A stretch of DNA of 64,000 bases from Ylistrum balloti (lineage: Eukaryota). The stretch is from the NCBI RefSeq assembly GCF_031769215.1, contig NW_026781896.1, forward strand, positions 1,736,001 through 1,800,000. The letters run 5' to 3'. Positions within the stretch are counted from its first letter, which is position 1, and each line of letters opens with the position of its first letter. Below the pieces are notes generated by a model. It saw only the letters and a program-made list of their open reading frames with translations. It was not told the origin of the DNA and made no database searches. Made by a program: the position numbers and the translations under genes. Shown one piece after another: positions 13,745-25,810 of the stretch.

Positions 13745-14240
13745 TCGACATATTCTCAATCACAGACAAGCTCCACAATCGATGGTGGGCAAAGTCGACA
13801 TATTCTCAATCATAGACCAGCTCCACAATCGATGGTGGGCAAAGTCGACATATTCTCAATCATAGACCAGCTCCACAATCGATGGTGGGCAAAGTCGACA
13901 TATTCTCAATCATAGACCAGCTCCACAATCGATGGTGGGCAAAGTCGACATATTCTCAATCACAGACCAGCTCCACAATCGATGGTGGGCAAAGTCGACA
14001 TATTCTCAATCACAGACCAGCTCCACAATCGATGGTGGGCAAAGTCGACATATTCTCAATCACAGACCAGCTCCACAATCGATGGTGGGCAAAGTCGACA
14101 TATTCTCAATCACAGACCAGCTCCACAATCGATGGTGGGCAAAGTCGACATATTCTCAATCACAGACCAGCTCCACAATCGATGGTGGGCAAAGTCGACA
14201 TATTCTCAATCACAGACCAGCTCCACAATCGATGGTGGGC
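13745..14240. repeat. Homogeneous 50-bp minisatellite x~10 (TCGACATATTCTCAATCACAGACCAGCTCCACAATCGATGGTGGGCAAAG)
   Basis: Copies are near-identical; they explain the three-frame ORFs at 13700-14364. Confidence 0.97.
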
Positions 14241-14849
14241 GAAAGAAAATGATAAGAACACAAAACCAAAAAAAAAAAAAAAAGAAAAAAATCGAATGAA
14301 TTTGATGACAAAGTCTAAAATCGTCACGATTGTTTTATATAACACTGTTACAATGATCATATAGTGATATGTTAAAAGGATTATATATTATTTATCTGTG
14401 TTTTAGTCGGTAGAACTTTTACATAATTTGTATTTAATCTTAGCATGGCGTATCATAGTATGACTTGCAAATAAGTATCAAAGGATCACATCGGTATGAG
14501 CTCGAAAACGGATCCTATGTGTTGAAAACAACAGAGAGTACACATGTTGTATATTAGTTGTGGCACTCCTTACACAGAAGTACCACCTGACTCTAACTGG
14601 TTCAACACACGTAATAGCCAATTGCTTACATCGTGCTTGTTGAAGAAAATAATAACCATTCCTATTTTTAAAATGGATCGTTTTAATCAACATCAAATTT
14701 CGACATGTTTTCAATAAAATAGTGTATTTATGAAATTAGGAATATTATAGAGGCATTCAAATCAGATAAAAGAGTACAAAAGGACATAACACGAATAAAA
14801 ACCAAGTCTGATGAAGTGCACAAGGGTGCAGTACAGACAGTGTAGAACT

Positions 14850-15470
14850 AAATGGCCGTTATAGGCAGTGTAGTAAAGATTACTGCTACATAATGTAGGA
14901 TGAGGTGACATATATTGTAGGATGAGGTAACCGTTATAGACAGTATAAGAAAGGTTGACAATGCCTAAGGTGTAGGAAGACATGGCCGTTATAGACAGGG
15001 TAGATAATGTAGGTCGGGATGGCCGTTATAGACAGTGTATGGGAGGTTATTAACGTTACATTAGTGTAGGATGAGATGACCGTTATAGACAGATTAAGTG
15101 AGGTTATTAACTTTTAATCAGTGTAGGATAAGATAATCATTGTAGACAATGTTAAAAATATTAATGTTGCATATAGAATTAGATGACAAGACCGCCATAC
15201 AGATATTAAGTGTGATATGAAATGACCGTTATAGACAATGCATGAAGTAATGGCCATTTGTAGATAGTGCTGGTCGATATGTGCATTATAGACAATGTTG
15301 GGCTAGATAACCTTTATAAACTATGTTGGGAACTATGTACATAGCGTAGGACGAAATGACGCTTTAAGTAAAGTAGAACAATATGACCTTTACACATTGT
15401 AAACATTGGAGGACGAGATGGTCGTTAGAGACTGGTTCAGGCCGAAATGACGTTTTAACAGCGAAGGACG
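14850..15470. repeat. Old degenerate tandem repeat with core GRCCGTTATAGACAGTGTAG
   Basis: The core recurs about 12-15 times with irregular spacing and progressive decay. Confidence 0.75.
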
Positions 15471-15689
15471 AGATTTGCCTGTAGGTCCTGTGTACTTGTT
15501 GTGAAAACATCACACATTATCAGCACGACTGGTGGCTTCCAACTAAATACTCTTCACTGGTACCAAAATAGATCCACGGGACTGTTCGGTTATATAACTG
15601 GAAACATGATTGTAATTCAAACCAGAAGGTGGTTCTGATAGCAACTCGTTGTAAACAAACCTGTAGCGGTTATCAAGTACTGAATATAC

Positions 15690-15740
15690 TCACACGGCGA
15701 GACGGACGGATGGACGGACAATGTCCCGACTCTTTCATAG
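15690..15740. mobile_element. Relic (GGAC)n microsatellite typical of the ends of mollusc non-autonomous (Helentron/pearl-like) elements
   Basis: GACGGACGGATGGACGGACAA followed by GTCCCGACT. The family assignment is recollection only. Confidence 0.3.
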
Positions 15741-15969
15741 GAAGTGTTTTCTTATTCTCTCTTTAAAAAAAACCAAAAGTAAAGCTTTTTTTCCAAAATT
15801 ATAATAATCGGTAAGATTAGATATTTAGTGAAGTAGATATAGCGACAACAGAGGTGGTCCTCCCGGTATCACAACACTCTATCAGTCCATCATACTTAGC
15901 CTCACACCACAGTCATTCCTCGCCATCAAATTGGGCGTGTCATTCAAGTGTTCTGTGGGCCAAGGTTTA

Positions 15970-16130
15970 GCCGCCAATCACATAGATGATCTGCGATCAC
16001 GCGCGGCGCGGTGCTTGGTTACGGAGACTGGCTCCAGTCGCTGAATCAAGACGTGGCGGAAAAAACGAGGCTGGCGTCACAGCTTGTGTAAATCACTACT
16101 CAAACCCACAAATCCACATTTGCATATTCA
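15970..16130. promoter_or_regulatory. CpG-rich regulatory-like island with CCAAT box and octamer
   Basis: CCAAT at 15974-15978, CGCGCGGCGCG near 16000, ATTTGCAT at 16118-16125. No associated transcript was identified. Confidence 0.35.
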
Positions 16131-16929
16131 AATGTTTTATAAATGCAGTTAGCGGGGGTAAAATTACACCCCGAGGCGAATCATGGTAAAAGGTACCGTC
16201 GCGCTGAACAATGGGGGATATGAGATGGGGGAGGGGGGGAGGGAATGGAGAGCAGGGATGTTATGATTTGATAAAGAGACTCCTCATTAATATTATAGAG
16301 CTTGTTATCTCTTAACTTACAATTGAGCACATGATAATGGCCATGTTATCAGTCCCGTTTTGTTCCGCTGGGTAGGCCGAGGAGAGTTAGCCGGTCCCGT
16401 ACACAGGGAAAGTCTAGTAAGGACACTGTTAAGCAATGACGAAGGTTAACTAATAGCGATTTTGTAACATCAATAACTAATTTTTCTGTTTTGTTCGGAA
16501 GGATTGCACGTTTATTTAAGCCGAAAGTGCGGGTCGAACATATGCGAAATTATTTATAATCTTAATCTATTTCACAATTAAAGCCTATATTGAAAATTGA
16601 TAAATCCTTTATTGAGAAAGGAAGAATTCATCTAATTAAAAATTAGTAGGTGTTTTATTCAAGTAAGTTTAAAAAAAATTAAGTCAACGCTTTGATGATG
16701 AACACCATCATCATGTCAGGAGATTGCATTCTCCTGGGTAAGTGGTACTTTCTTTTTTACATATTCAACTTTACGGTAAATGTCCATTATTGTTATCGCC
16801 GCTACCTTGGACTTGGGATATGTGATATTAGGTATTGACCAGAGGCCTTGCACTAGACTAGTGTTCTGCATTAGCACTGCACGACCTTCTTTATTAGAAA
16901 GGCATTGTCGATATCTCTGATTCTCTTCA

Positions 16930-18260
16930 CTTAGCAGTCGGCAGACCGGCGATGATGTAGGCAGCGATGATGGAGGAATGCAACGAGACAATAAAACAGT
17001 AAGCTGTCAAAGGTAGAACAGGAAATTAGAACCGTGTCTGCGGTATGGGGCTCCCAGTCTCACTCAGATGTGTGTACGCTACCAGAAACTTCAATTGTTT
17101 CGGCTTCACCAAAAGAAAACACTGGCTTCACACCGTCTCACACACCATTGATCAAATTCTACACATTCATTACCTGTTCCGGCATTATATATACACCATT
17201 GTTTAACATGTCGTTGAGTATGATAGTATCCCTTACGTAATAAACATTTTTACACACACCAGGAACATTGACAAATTGATCTACAGGTGGGCAGAAAGCT
17301 CTACCAAAACCAGACTTTATTATGGTATTGGGAAACTCTGTAAGGCTTTACACAAAAAATTACCTCGTGGACTGTTCGAATATATGATATTTCTAACTGG
17401 GTTGTAGACAGAGAACACAATCTCATCAAACCGGATTACGATAATCCGGAAATTTCACTATTCGAACGGACGCAGCACTTGTACTAAAGATGATACTTCT
17501 ACTGTATGCAAATAATTTAAGAGTAGATTCAAACAGTCCGGACAAATAAAACTCCATTTTTAACAAACATACAAAATTGATGGATGACTTATGGTTCTGG
17601 CCAACTGGTCAGTTGAAATAACTTTGTGTAAAATTCAGACCTACAGTATCGGTGTCAGGTAAGACAGTGTTGCACGTGCTCTGTTACAACGGGTATTCTG
17701 TGACCTAGATCGGGGACATTGATCGGGTCTACCGCACGTAGAATAAGTATATTATGTCTACAAATATACGCCCAAACCTAAAATCCCTGGAGAAGCATCT
17801 CTGTAACGTTTCCATAGAGCTGTCTTTATGGTAGTTCCCTTGTTATCTATGGTAAAATCCAATAAACGTGCACATACATCACCATAGGATTGGAAGTATT
17901 ATGAAAATAAATCCTCTCAAATTAAAATTTATTTAGTTTTTCTATGGCTTCGTTAGAAGTATTTTTTAAATATCGTTATGTATTTATAAATAGCTGATGA
18001 CCTACTTCACTCACGTACTAAAACTATCCCTATCACCTACTCACGCACGACCTCGCGCGCCCTGCATCCCGTCTGGGGTGTATTCACAAGGGCAGTTCCC
18101 TTTGCCAACAAAGACATGGGTCACAGCCGATGCCAAATGGAATTTTTTGTTTGAGACAAACATCACAGGTTGTTAGCGTAGACGCCACTTCATTCTCACC
18201 AGTGTAGTAATGACGGGATCGTGTAATACTGAGTCAGTTAAAACGAATACATGTACACGC
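16930..18260 (-). pseudogene. Possible decayed coding sequence (Cys-rich PHD-like segment plus OB-fold-like segment), probably transposon-derived
   Basis: Manual minus-strand translation gives TCDVCLKQKIPFGIGCDPCLCWQ (~18170-18102) and RLLDFTIDNKGTTIKTALWK (~17870-17810). One frame from ~17339 to ~16930 is interrupted by few stops. The similarity is by eye only. Confidence 0.3.
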
Positions 18261-19777
18261 ATTCAAAGGTAATTCTAGAATCAAACAAAAAGCTCGGCCA
18301 ACCGGAGAGACTTTTACATGCTATATGATAGATGTTTATAAGTTGATCCGCAGTATTTACGATAAGAAGGCTACCTGTTTTTGAAGAATGTGAGGAATTG
18401 TGTTACCTGATGATATAGATTAAGATATTAACTCTTGAAATATGATTCCGAGCTACCTAATAAACAAATACAGATATCTAATTTTATACTTTTAACTGTT
18501 TTAAAACAGACGTTAGTTTGTCTGGTGGTTACGCCATATTGATCGAATTTCTTTTTAGGAACCTGACATAGATTGGATGGGCTTCGTTTAGCATGGCGGA
18601 TGGCGTCGCAGAAACAGAAGACGCCTATGAGGGACCCCCGGTACTCCTCGTTCTTTGTTGATGGTCCCTGTGTCCTTTTACCATATATTATTCTTTTTTA
18701 TGGCAGTGTCGGTATTCTCGTCGCTTTTATAAATAAGTGTGATTTCCGAAATTCTATCATAGATTTATTTTCACGTTGTAGTCTTGATCACATGACAGTA
18801 TCATGACGTCTCTCTGTCTTCATATTGACCCGCACCACGTCAACGAAATTATAATACTGATGATGAAAAAATACGGGATTGATCTCTGATCTTTTGATAT
18901 AAAGGACTTAAATCGATTATCTGCCACCAAGATTGCGTTCATGCTGAGAATGAATACAACATGACATCCCTTCAATGAACAACGAGAGTTGTAACAGTCC
19001 AACTTTCCTTTTATTTTCATTTTTAAATTTATTTAAACTTGTGCCGTGGACGTTTATTCAGTATCAAAATCATGGCAAAAATCCGTTATTACTTCAATAA
19101 TTGTCTGTACAACTGCTTAACTCACGTGCTCTTCCTTGCTGAGACTGTATAATGTTCATTTTTTTTTAAATTCCAGAAATTCGGATATTTGTGATGAATT
19201 ACTGCAGTGACTCTTTTCCCTGTCACGACCTCTAGTGCTGTGATCAGGGCAACAAACAGCGACACTTCAGCTATCAGAAAATGATGTGCCCGATTGAAGT
19301 ACCGTGCTGTCGTATCCAAGCTAATAACATTTCTTTGAGAAAGAACATGGAAGTGGTCCTCAAGTATCTTTGTCGTCTTTGGACACTGCCTTCATATAGC
19401 TTTAGCTATTCCGAGACCACATAATCCCGAACAAACAAACCTGTCGCTATGATGACATACAAATGCGTGCCAAGATCAAATCGTTTCGAGTTGATTGTAC
19501 GTTGCACCATAAATCTTGATGAAATATATTATCGTTATAGACGTCATTTTCAATATGTTCAAGCTCGATGTCTGTAGGATTAAGACAGATTAATTTCAGT
19601 ATGAATATGATGTCTTTCGACATCGATTTCTGTACGGACCATGTGTCTTTTGAGTGTAATGTTATATTCAACATATTCAAAACGTTTTCCTCTCATGTGT
19701 ACATTGTTTTACTAGAAACGTCTGTCTTTCCTGTGTACGCCAATTTTGTTGTTCTTGTCCGTATATCGTTGTTCCTC

Positions 19778-20450
19778 TGGACGTTTGTATATACCGTGTA
19801 TAACTGTTCCGTGGAACGTTTGTATATACCGTGTATAACTGTTCCTCGGGACGTTTGTATATACCGTGTATACCGCGGAACGTTTGTATATACCGTGTAT
19901 AACTGTTCCTCGGGACGTTTGTATATACCGTGTATAACTGTTCATCAGAACGTTTGTATATACCGTGTATAACTGTTCCTCGGGACGTTTGTATATACCG
20001 TGTATAACTGTTCATCAGAACGTTTGTATATACCGTGTATAACTGTTCCTCGGGACGTTTGTATGTACCGTGTATACCGCGGAACGTTTGTATATACCGT
20101 GTATAACTGTTCCGTGGAACGTTTGTATATACCGTGTATAACTGTTCCTCGGGACGTTTGTATATACCGTGTATACCGCGGAACGTTTGTATATACCGTG
20201 TATAACTGTTCCGTGGAACGTTTGTATATACCGTGTATAACTGTTCCTCGGGACGTTTGTATATACCGTGTATACCGCGGAACGTTTGTATATACCGTGT
20301 ATAACTGTTCCTCGGGACGTTTGTATATACCGTGTATACCGCGGAACGTTTGTATATACCGTGTATAACTGTTCCTCGGGACGTTTGTATATACCGTGTA
20401 TACCGCGGAACGTTTGTATATACCTCGTATAAGTGTTCCGCGGAACGTTT
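19778..20450. repeat. Minisatellite of mixed 35-bp and 29-bp units (GAACGTTTGTATATACCGTGTATAACTGTTCCTCG / ...TATACCGCG) with 64- and 99-bp higher-order periods
   Basis: Directly visible. The 33-aa periodicity in ORF 19945..20496 equals 35+35+29 bp. Confidence 0.95.
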
Positions 20451-21505
20451 TATTTGTTCCACAGAATTTCTGTACCTCATGTACCTTCGTTACCAAGAAC
20501 GTTTGTCTTTCTCGTGAATCGTTCCTCTAAGACCATTTTACTTATCGTTTAAATGTCGTGATATACAGAAGTGCTGTTGAACATTTTTCTTTGTTTCTAT
20601 GTCTTTAATTTTCCCTGCATATCGTATTACGCTTTATATCGTCCTTTCGTGTGCCTCATTGTTCCACATATAACAAATGTCTTCCGTGCATCGGCTTGAC
20701 AGAACGTTGGCCTATTTGTTGTAACGGGCAAGATATCTATATTTCTGACACCGTCGAGTTTTTCACGACAGTTTACGACCAGGAACTGATGTCCTGCGCT
20801 AGACCATCAGAGACGTATACGTTACAAGGTCTGATCTATATCAATACCAATGATAACCTATTTGCAAGTTGGCCTTCCGCATCTATGGATTTCGAGATGC
20901 CGAGCTACACGCGAGCGTTCTGCCAAAACGTGCTAATTTCTGAATCGATGCCAAACTGACAGACGTTTCAAGTTTGCGTGGCCTATATGACACTTGGCGA
21001 GAATGTAGCATGCTCTTTGTCATCTATTTTATCGTTTTCTTTATCATTAATCCAATTAAGCGTTTATCATCATCTGTTGTCTTCATCATCTCCTAGCAAG
21101 GAGCGAGAGTTACTGGCAACTGTAGACGGTTTACTTTGGAGTTAATCGATGGTCGCCCGTGTTTACGACTATTGGGACAGGCGTATTCAGATTTTAACGC
21201 TGACGGAACCGATCAACTATACAAAGTCTGGTGATAAATCAAATCATCCATAACACACGATTTAACATGCACGTCCATAACATGTCAGGGCACGGGAAAC
21301 AGTGTGCATCCCGAGTGACGTAACGGGATTGAATTTTCCTAAAAACAGGAGTAATATGCACTTTGAACTTGGATTCCAAACAAGGAATTTTGGTGGATAC
21401 TTGACGCTAATTAAATTCAGACAGATGGCAATTAAAATATCATATAGTTTTGTTTGTGTATTTAAGTTTGGTTGTCTGTATACAATGCGTATACACCTAC
21501 TGAAC

Positions 21506-21529
21506 GAGAGAGAGGGGGGGAGGGGGGAG

Positions 21530-21607
<78 letters not shown>

Positions 21608-21813
21608 AGGGGGAAGTAGGAGAGAGAGTAGGAAATTGAGAGAGAGTAGGGGGAGAGAGGGGGAGAGTATGAGAGAGAGAGTAGGGTGTGGAGAGAAAGA
21701 AAGAGAGAAAGAGAGTAGCGGGGGGTAGGGGGGTGGGAGAGGGGGAGGGAGAGAGAGAGAGAGTAGGGGGGGGGGGGGGGGGGGGGGTGAGAGGGGGAGG
21801 GAGAGAGAGAGAG
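21506..21813. repeat. Polypurine tract: (GA)n microsatellite plus G-runs
   Basis: Pure (GA)n at ~21533-21601, a run of more than 20 G near 21765-21787, and almost only purines over ~300 bp. Confidence 0.97.
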
Positions 21814-22874
21814 CCGTAACACAGCGACCACAAGAAATGTAAATCGGTCATAAAAAGTACATTGAACCTTGAAATCATTACAGCATCAAAACGGAGTCGT
21901 ACTACAAAGTTTTAGTTTTGTGGTGTGTGGGACCAGCAGGCATCTCCTACACCAAATTAAGCGGAGAGATGACTTCGAGGGAGGTATTGTGAGAAGTCAT
22001 ACGTTATCAGATAAAACGAGGAAGGGTTACATCAGACACAGCCGTGTGTACAGGTAGAGAGCACGTCCATTACACGAGCGCCCAAAGTCAACAGCGGGAG
22101 CGGTAAACATCGTTATAGGTACAAAAACATGTAATGAAGATAAAAACACTTTCAGGTTTACGTTTATCTGGCAGATGAGCAAGAAAAAACGACCTGGCGA
22201 TGGTTTGAATTATGGAGATATTAAATTCATATATTACTAACATTTTTATTATGCAAAAAAATATCGATAAAATTTTTTCGTGATTTTTTTAACAATTTAA
22301 AATATTTTCGAGTTACTGTCCTCAGCATCATTGTAGTACAAAAAGGTTTGATAATTTAAACGGCAATTCGCAGGTGAAACTAGCGATAGTAAAACTGTAA
22401 GTGTTGTGCCCTGGACAAATATCGTGTTTTCAGGCCAACTAAAAACGACGTTACGTTTCCCGTCCGTAACCTGATGAATTTAGTTAGACAAGTACCCAGA
22501 ATCTCTATATACTTGGTAGTGTTCAACTGTGGACATAACTTCTTAAAAATGTTTTCGATGATTCTGAATTGCATGAAGACAATTCATGGATTTGTCGATC
22601 ACAATAAATATAGCGAAATCACTTATACCTATCACGCACAAAGATTTCATGACTCGAGAATCGAACCCATAACATGTCGATCAACAACCGAAAACCCGAT
22701 AATTTGTCAATCTTGTTACAATGGGTGTTGGGTACAATTTCAAATATCAATTTGCTAAAATATTTAAACTTTTCCTCACAATTACAATATTTTTTTCCAT
22801 CACAAATATAAAGAAATATCACAATGATCTACACTAAGCGGAAACGGCAGTTGACCTCTTCAGGTCAACTGGAG

Positions 22875-22925
22875 AGAATAGCCCTGCTGTATCTCCCTAC
22901 ATGTCGTAAGAGATGACATATTGTG
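22875..22925. mobile_element. SINE-core relic (CCCTGC...TGTCGTAAGAGATGAC)
   Basis: Resembles the recurrent invertebrate SINE motif TGTCGTAAGAGGCGAC. The assignment is from memory. Confidence 0.35.
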
Positions 22926-25554
22926 GAGCACTCCTTGCAGATCGCGTGTGATCTTTTGTACCCTTTCATGACGGTCTAAGGGTACATCGGAAATCCCAAG
23001 AATTCGTAGAGGGAGACTACATTGTACATGTAAGAGTGCCCCCCTCTCCCTTGCAGAACCGCAGGGATTTTGCTGGTTTATTCTATTAAGGAAACATTTA
23101 AGAGACCAAAATACATTATACTACTACTCAACAGCAACACTTGTGATCTTGATATTTTTTTACTCTTTCTGATACTGCTCTGTCGGTTATGTTTTCCCAC
23201 ACGTGATGCGTTGGTGTCCCTTTTTACATCCTCCTAATCTGACCCTAGAAATTGCCAGACCTTTAAAAATGGTAGTATACCTACTTTTTCAAAATTAATT
23301 ATCACAATAGTAATGCAGAAGGATATATCCAAGTGTTCATAAAATATGTTCTAAATTTGGATACGATATATATGCCATAAGTGTTGACAAATCAGGTCAT
23401 TCAAGGGCATTAACTCCCATAAAAAACCCTTTCATTTAAGAAAATAACATAGCATCAGTTTTGCTTCCAGTTTGGTGAAAAAACTTTTTTGAAAATAGTT
23501 CCTCGTAAGATATTGGCTTGAACAGACCGAGGAATTTATCAGTTATCATACGAAATCGAAATCCCTTTGTTTATTTACTGTAACTTTCATTAGGAGAAAC
23601 TACGTACATGTATATGGCATTACTGAGAAGGAAAAAAAAATTGAAAATCTGGATGCGTCATTAAGCAAATAAAGATTAACATCACCAGATTGTGATCGTC
23701 AAAATAAAAATAAATAAAAAAAAAAAAAATCAAGTTGACAATACCACGCTCGAGATTTTTTTATGCTCTAACTCCTGTCCTGGGAAACACAAATGATCAC
23801 CTCCCTCAAGACTTGCCAACGAATGCTTGCTGTGACAAACTCATTTCTCAAATTGCTTTTGCACAAGTGCTAAGCAGTGATCCTGGGAACGGTGGTAAAT
23901 GAATATTTACATAATTACAACACCACGAAGCACATGGACCCCACTCCTTCCTGCTTGTCGTTGTCTCCTGGGTATTGAGTAATACTGACTGTTCATTGCC
24001 TATAATGCTAAGTCACCACTCAAATGAAGACATGTCAGGCTTCCTCTATACTAAATCATGATTGGCTCTCGTGTTCTGTCATGCCAAACCTAAATTACGA
24101 AAAAAGGACAAAAACAGAATATCTTCTGTATCCATTTTTTATTTGTTTTGATCACAACACTTTTTTTTCCTCTTTAAAAATCAACAAAAACAAATTGTTT
24201 TATAACCGGTGATTGTAATCTGATCTGTTTGCTTCACTCACCAAACAATCATATGTTTTGTGTCCCCGTTTTTCACGGTACTTCTCCCCTCCCTGAGGTG
24301 TTGTAACCATGAATACCTACTCAACAACAAAATCAAGCATCTGTATTTTTGTTTATAACAAATCCATTCAGCACAGCCATGCTGAAAACCTCACCAGAAA
24401 TACTGACATTTAAGCATCAACAGAAGGCTGAAGTCAGTGGAGGACAATAACATGACCGAGAGTGACCAATGTCTTAAGACTTCTAGGACCTTACAATTAA
24501 GGGTAGAACAGTTACAGGTAGAACCCAGTCATCAGTACTAATTGTTCTCACTTAAATGACAATCACATTGCCGTCAGACAATTCAAATTTTCTAATTTTG
24601 TTTAATTAAAAAAAAATGATCAGATTAACGGAAGGATGAATTTTATTTTTATTGCAGTTGTAAAATCAATAGAAAGCTAATTGTCTGCTGTGTAGAACTG
24701 TGAAGCTAACAGGCTGGAATATCAGAGTCATAGAGAAACACCAATACCGGGGTTTATCATACACAGCCTCTACTTACTCCGCAGCAATCCCCATATCTGT
24801 TGTCTCTCGGATCTGTAATTAATTCCTAAACTGATAAACAATGTAACCATTATGATTACTCATTACCTCAAATATTTCCCTAAATAAATACGGGTTAAAC
24901 AGTTGTTAGATAAAACATTACCTCAAATGATATATCAGTGCAGACAGCATTACATATTAACAAGGTGAAATAACATAATGAACAAAGTAACATTATCAAA
25001 CAGGTAATATAACAAAGCCTTAATTATTTGAATGTTTCATCAATATTAATAAGTATTAAAAAGAAATAGGGAAGGGAAATATGAATATTGTAGAGATCTC
25101 CGTGACACCTATTGTAACATTCAGGTGTTACAAAGGGTGACAAAGCTTGTTTCATTCTTTTTGTAAAAGGTCATTTGAATCTAACACAACACCGTCATTG
25201 TCATATCACATTGTATAATATCATCTGAAGACATTCTTGGGTTGAAGAAAATCATTTATGCATAAATTTGATAAAAACTAAAATCAATTTACATGCATAA
25301 TCAAAATACCTGTGAATCAGCGGTAGTATAGAATTGAAATCTAATGTCAGAATTATGTGATGAAGCAAAAAGAACAAATTTATCATGCAAGGATTGCTGA
25401 AGTCTGCAAGTTTGTCATCTTAACAAAGGCCCTGTGGTAATCCAGTGTCAAATAACTAGGTTCATCTTACTTACAGACCAATGTCAGGTTCACACAGTGT
25501 CAATCTTACGGATGATCAATGTCAAGGTTAAACTGACATAAATGTCAATGTAAC

Positions 25555-25810
25555 TCATTGACCAATGTCAAGGTCACACACTGACTTCTGTCGTTGTAAC
25601 AAACTGACCAATATCAAGGTAAACGACAAATGTCAATATCATCATGACCATTGTCAAGGTGACCAATGACAAGGTGACCAATGTCAAGGTGAAGGTGACC
25701 AATGTCAAGGTCACCATTGTCAAGGTCAACATTGAAAAGGTCACCATTGTCAAGATCACCATTATCAAGGTGACCAATGTCAAGGATAACAATGACAAAT
25801 GGTCAAGGTG
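25555..25810. repeat. Degenerate 15-bp minisatellite (GTGACCAATGTCAAG)
   Basis: About 12 or more copies; explains the LVTLT-repetitive ORF 25574..25876. Confidence 0.85.

Noticed and set aside
13700-14364. Overlapping ORFs in three frames
   Set aside because: Artefact of the stop-free 50-bp tandem repeat.
14850-15470. CRISPR-like look (constant core with variable spacers)
   Set aside because: The spacers are related to each other (GTAGGATGAG-like), spacing is irregular, no cas genes are present, and the context is eukaryotic.
18593-18661. Good-Kozak MADGVAETEDAYEGPPVLLVLC ORF
   Set aside because: It stops after 22 codons with no credible donor or downstream exon.
19677-20496. 267-aa and 183-aa minus-strand ORFs
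   Set aside because: They are translations of the 35/29-bp minisatellite; several frames are open because the monomers lack stops.
22848-22871. Perfect 9-bp hairpin CAGTTGACC-TCTTCA-GGTCAACTG as a Helitron 3' end
   Set aside because: No CTRR terminus at the expected distance on either strand.
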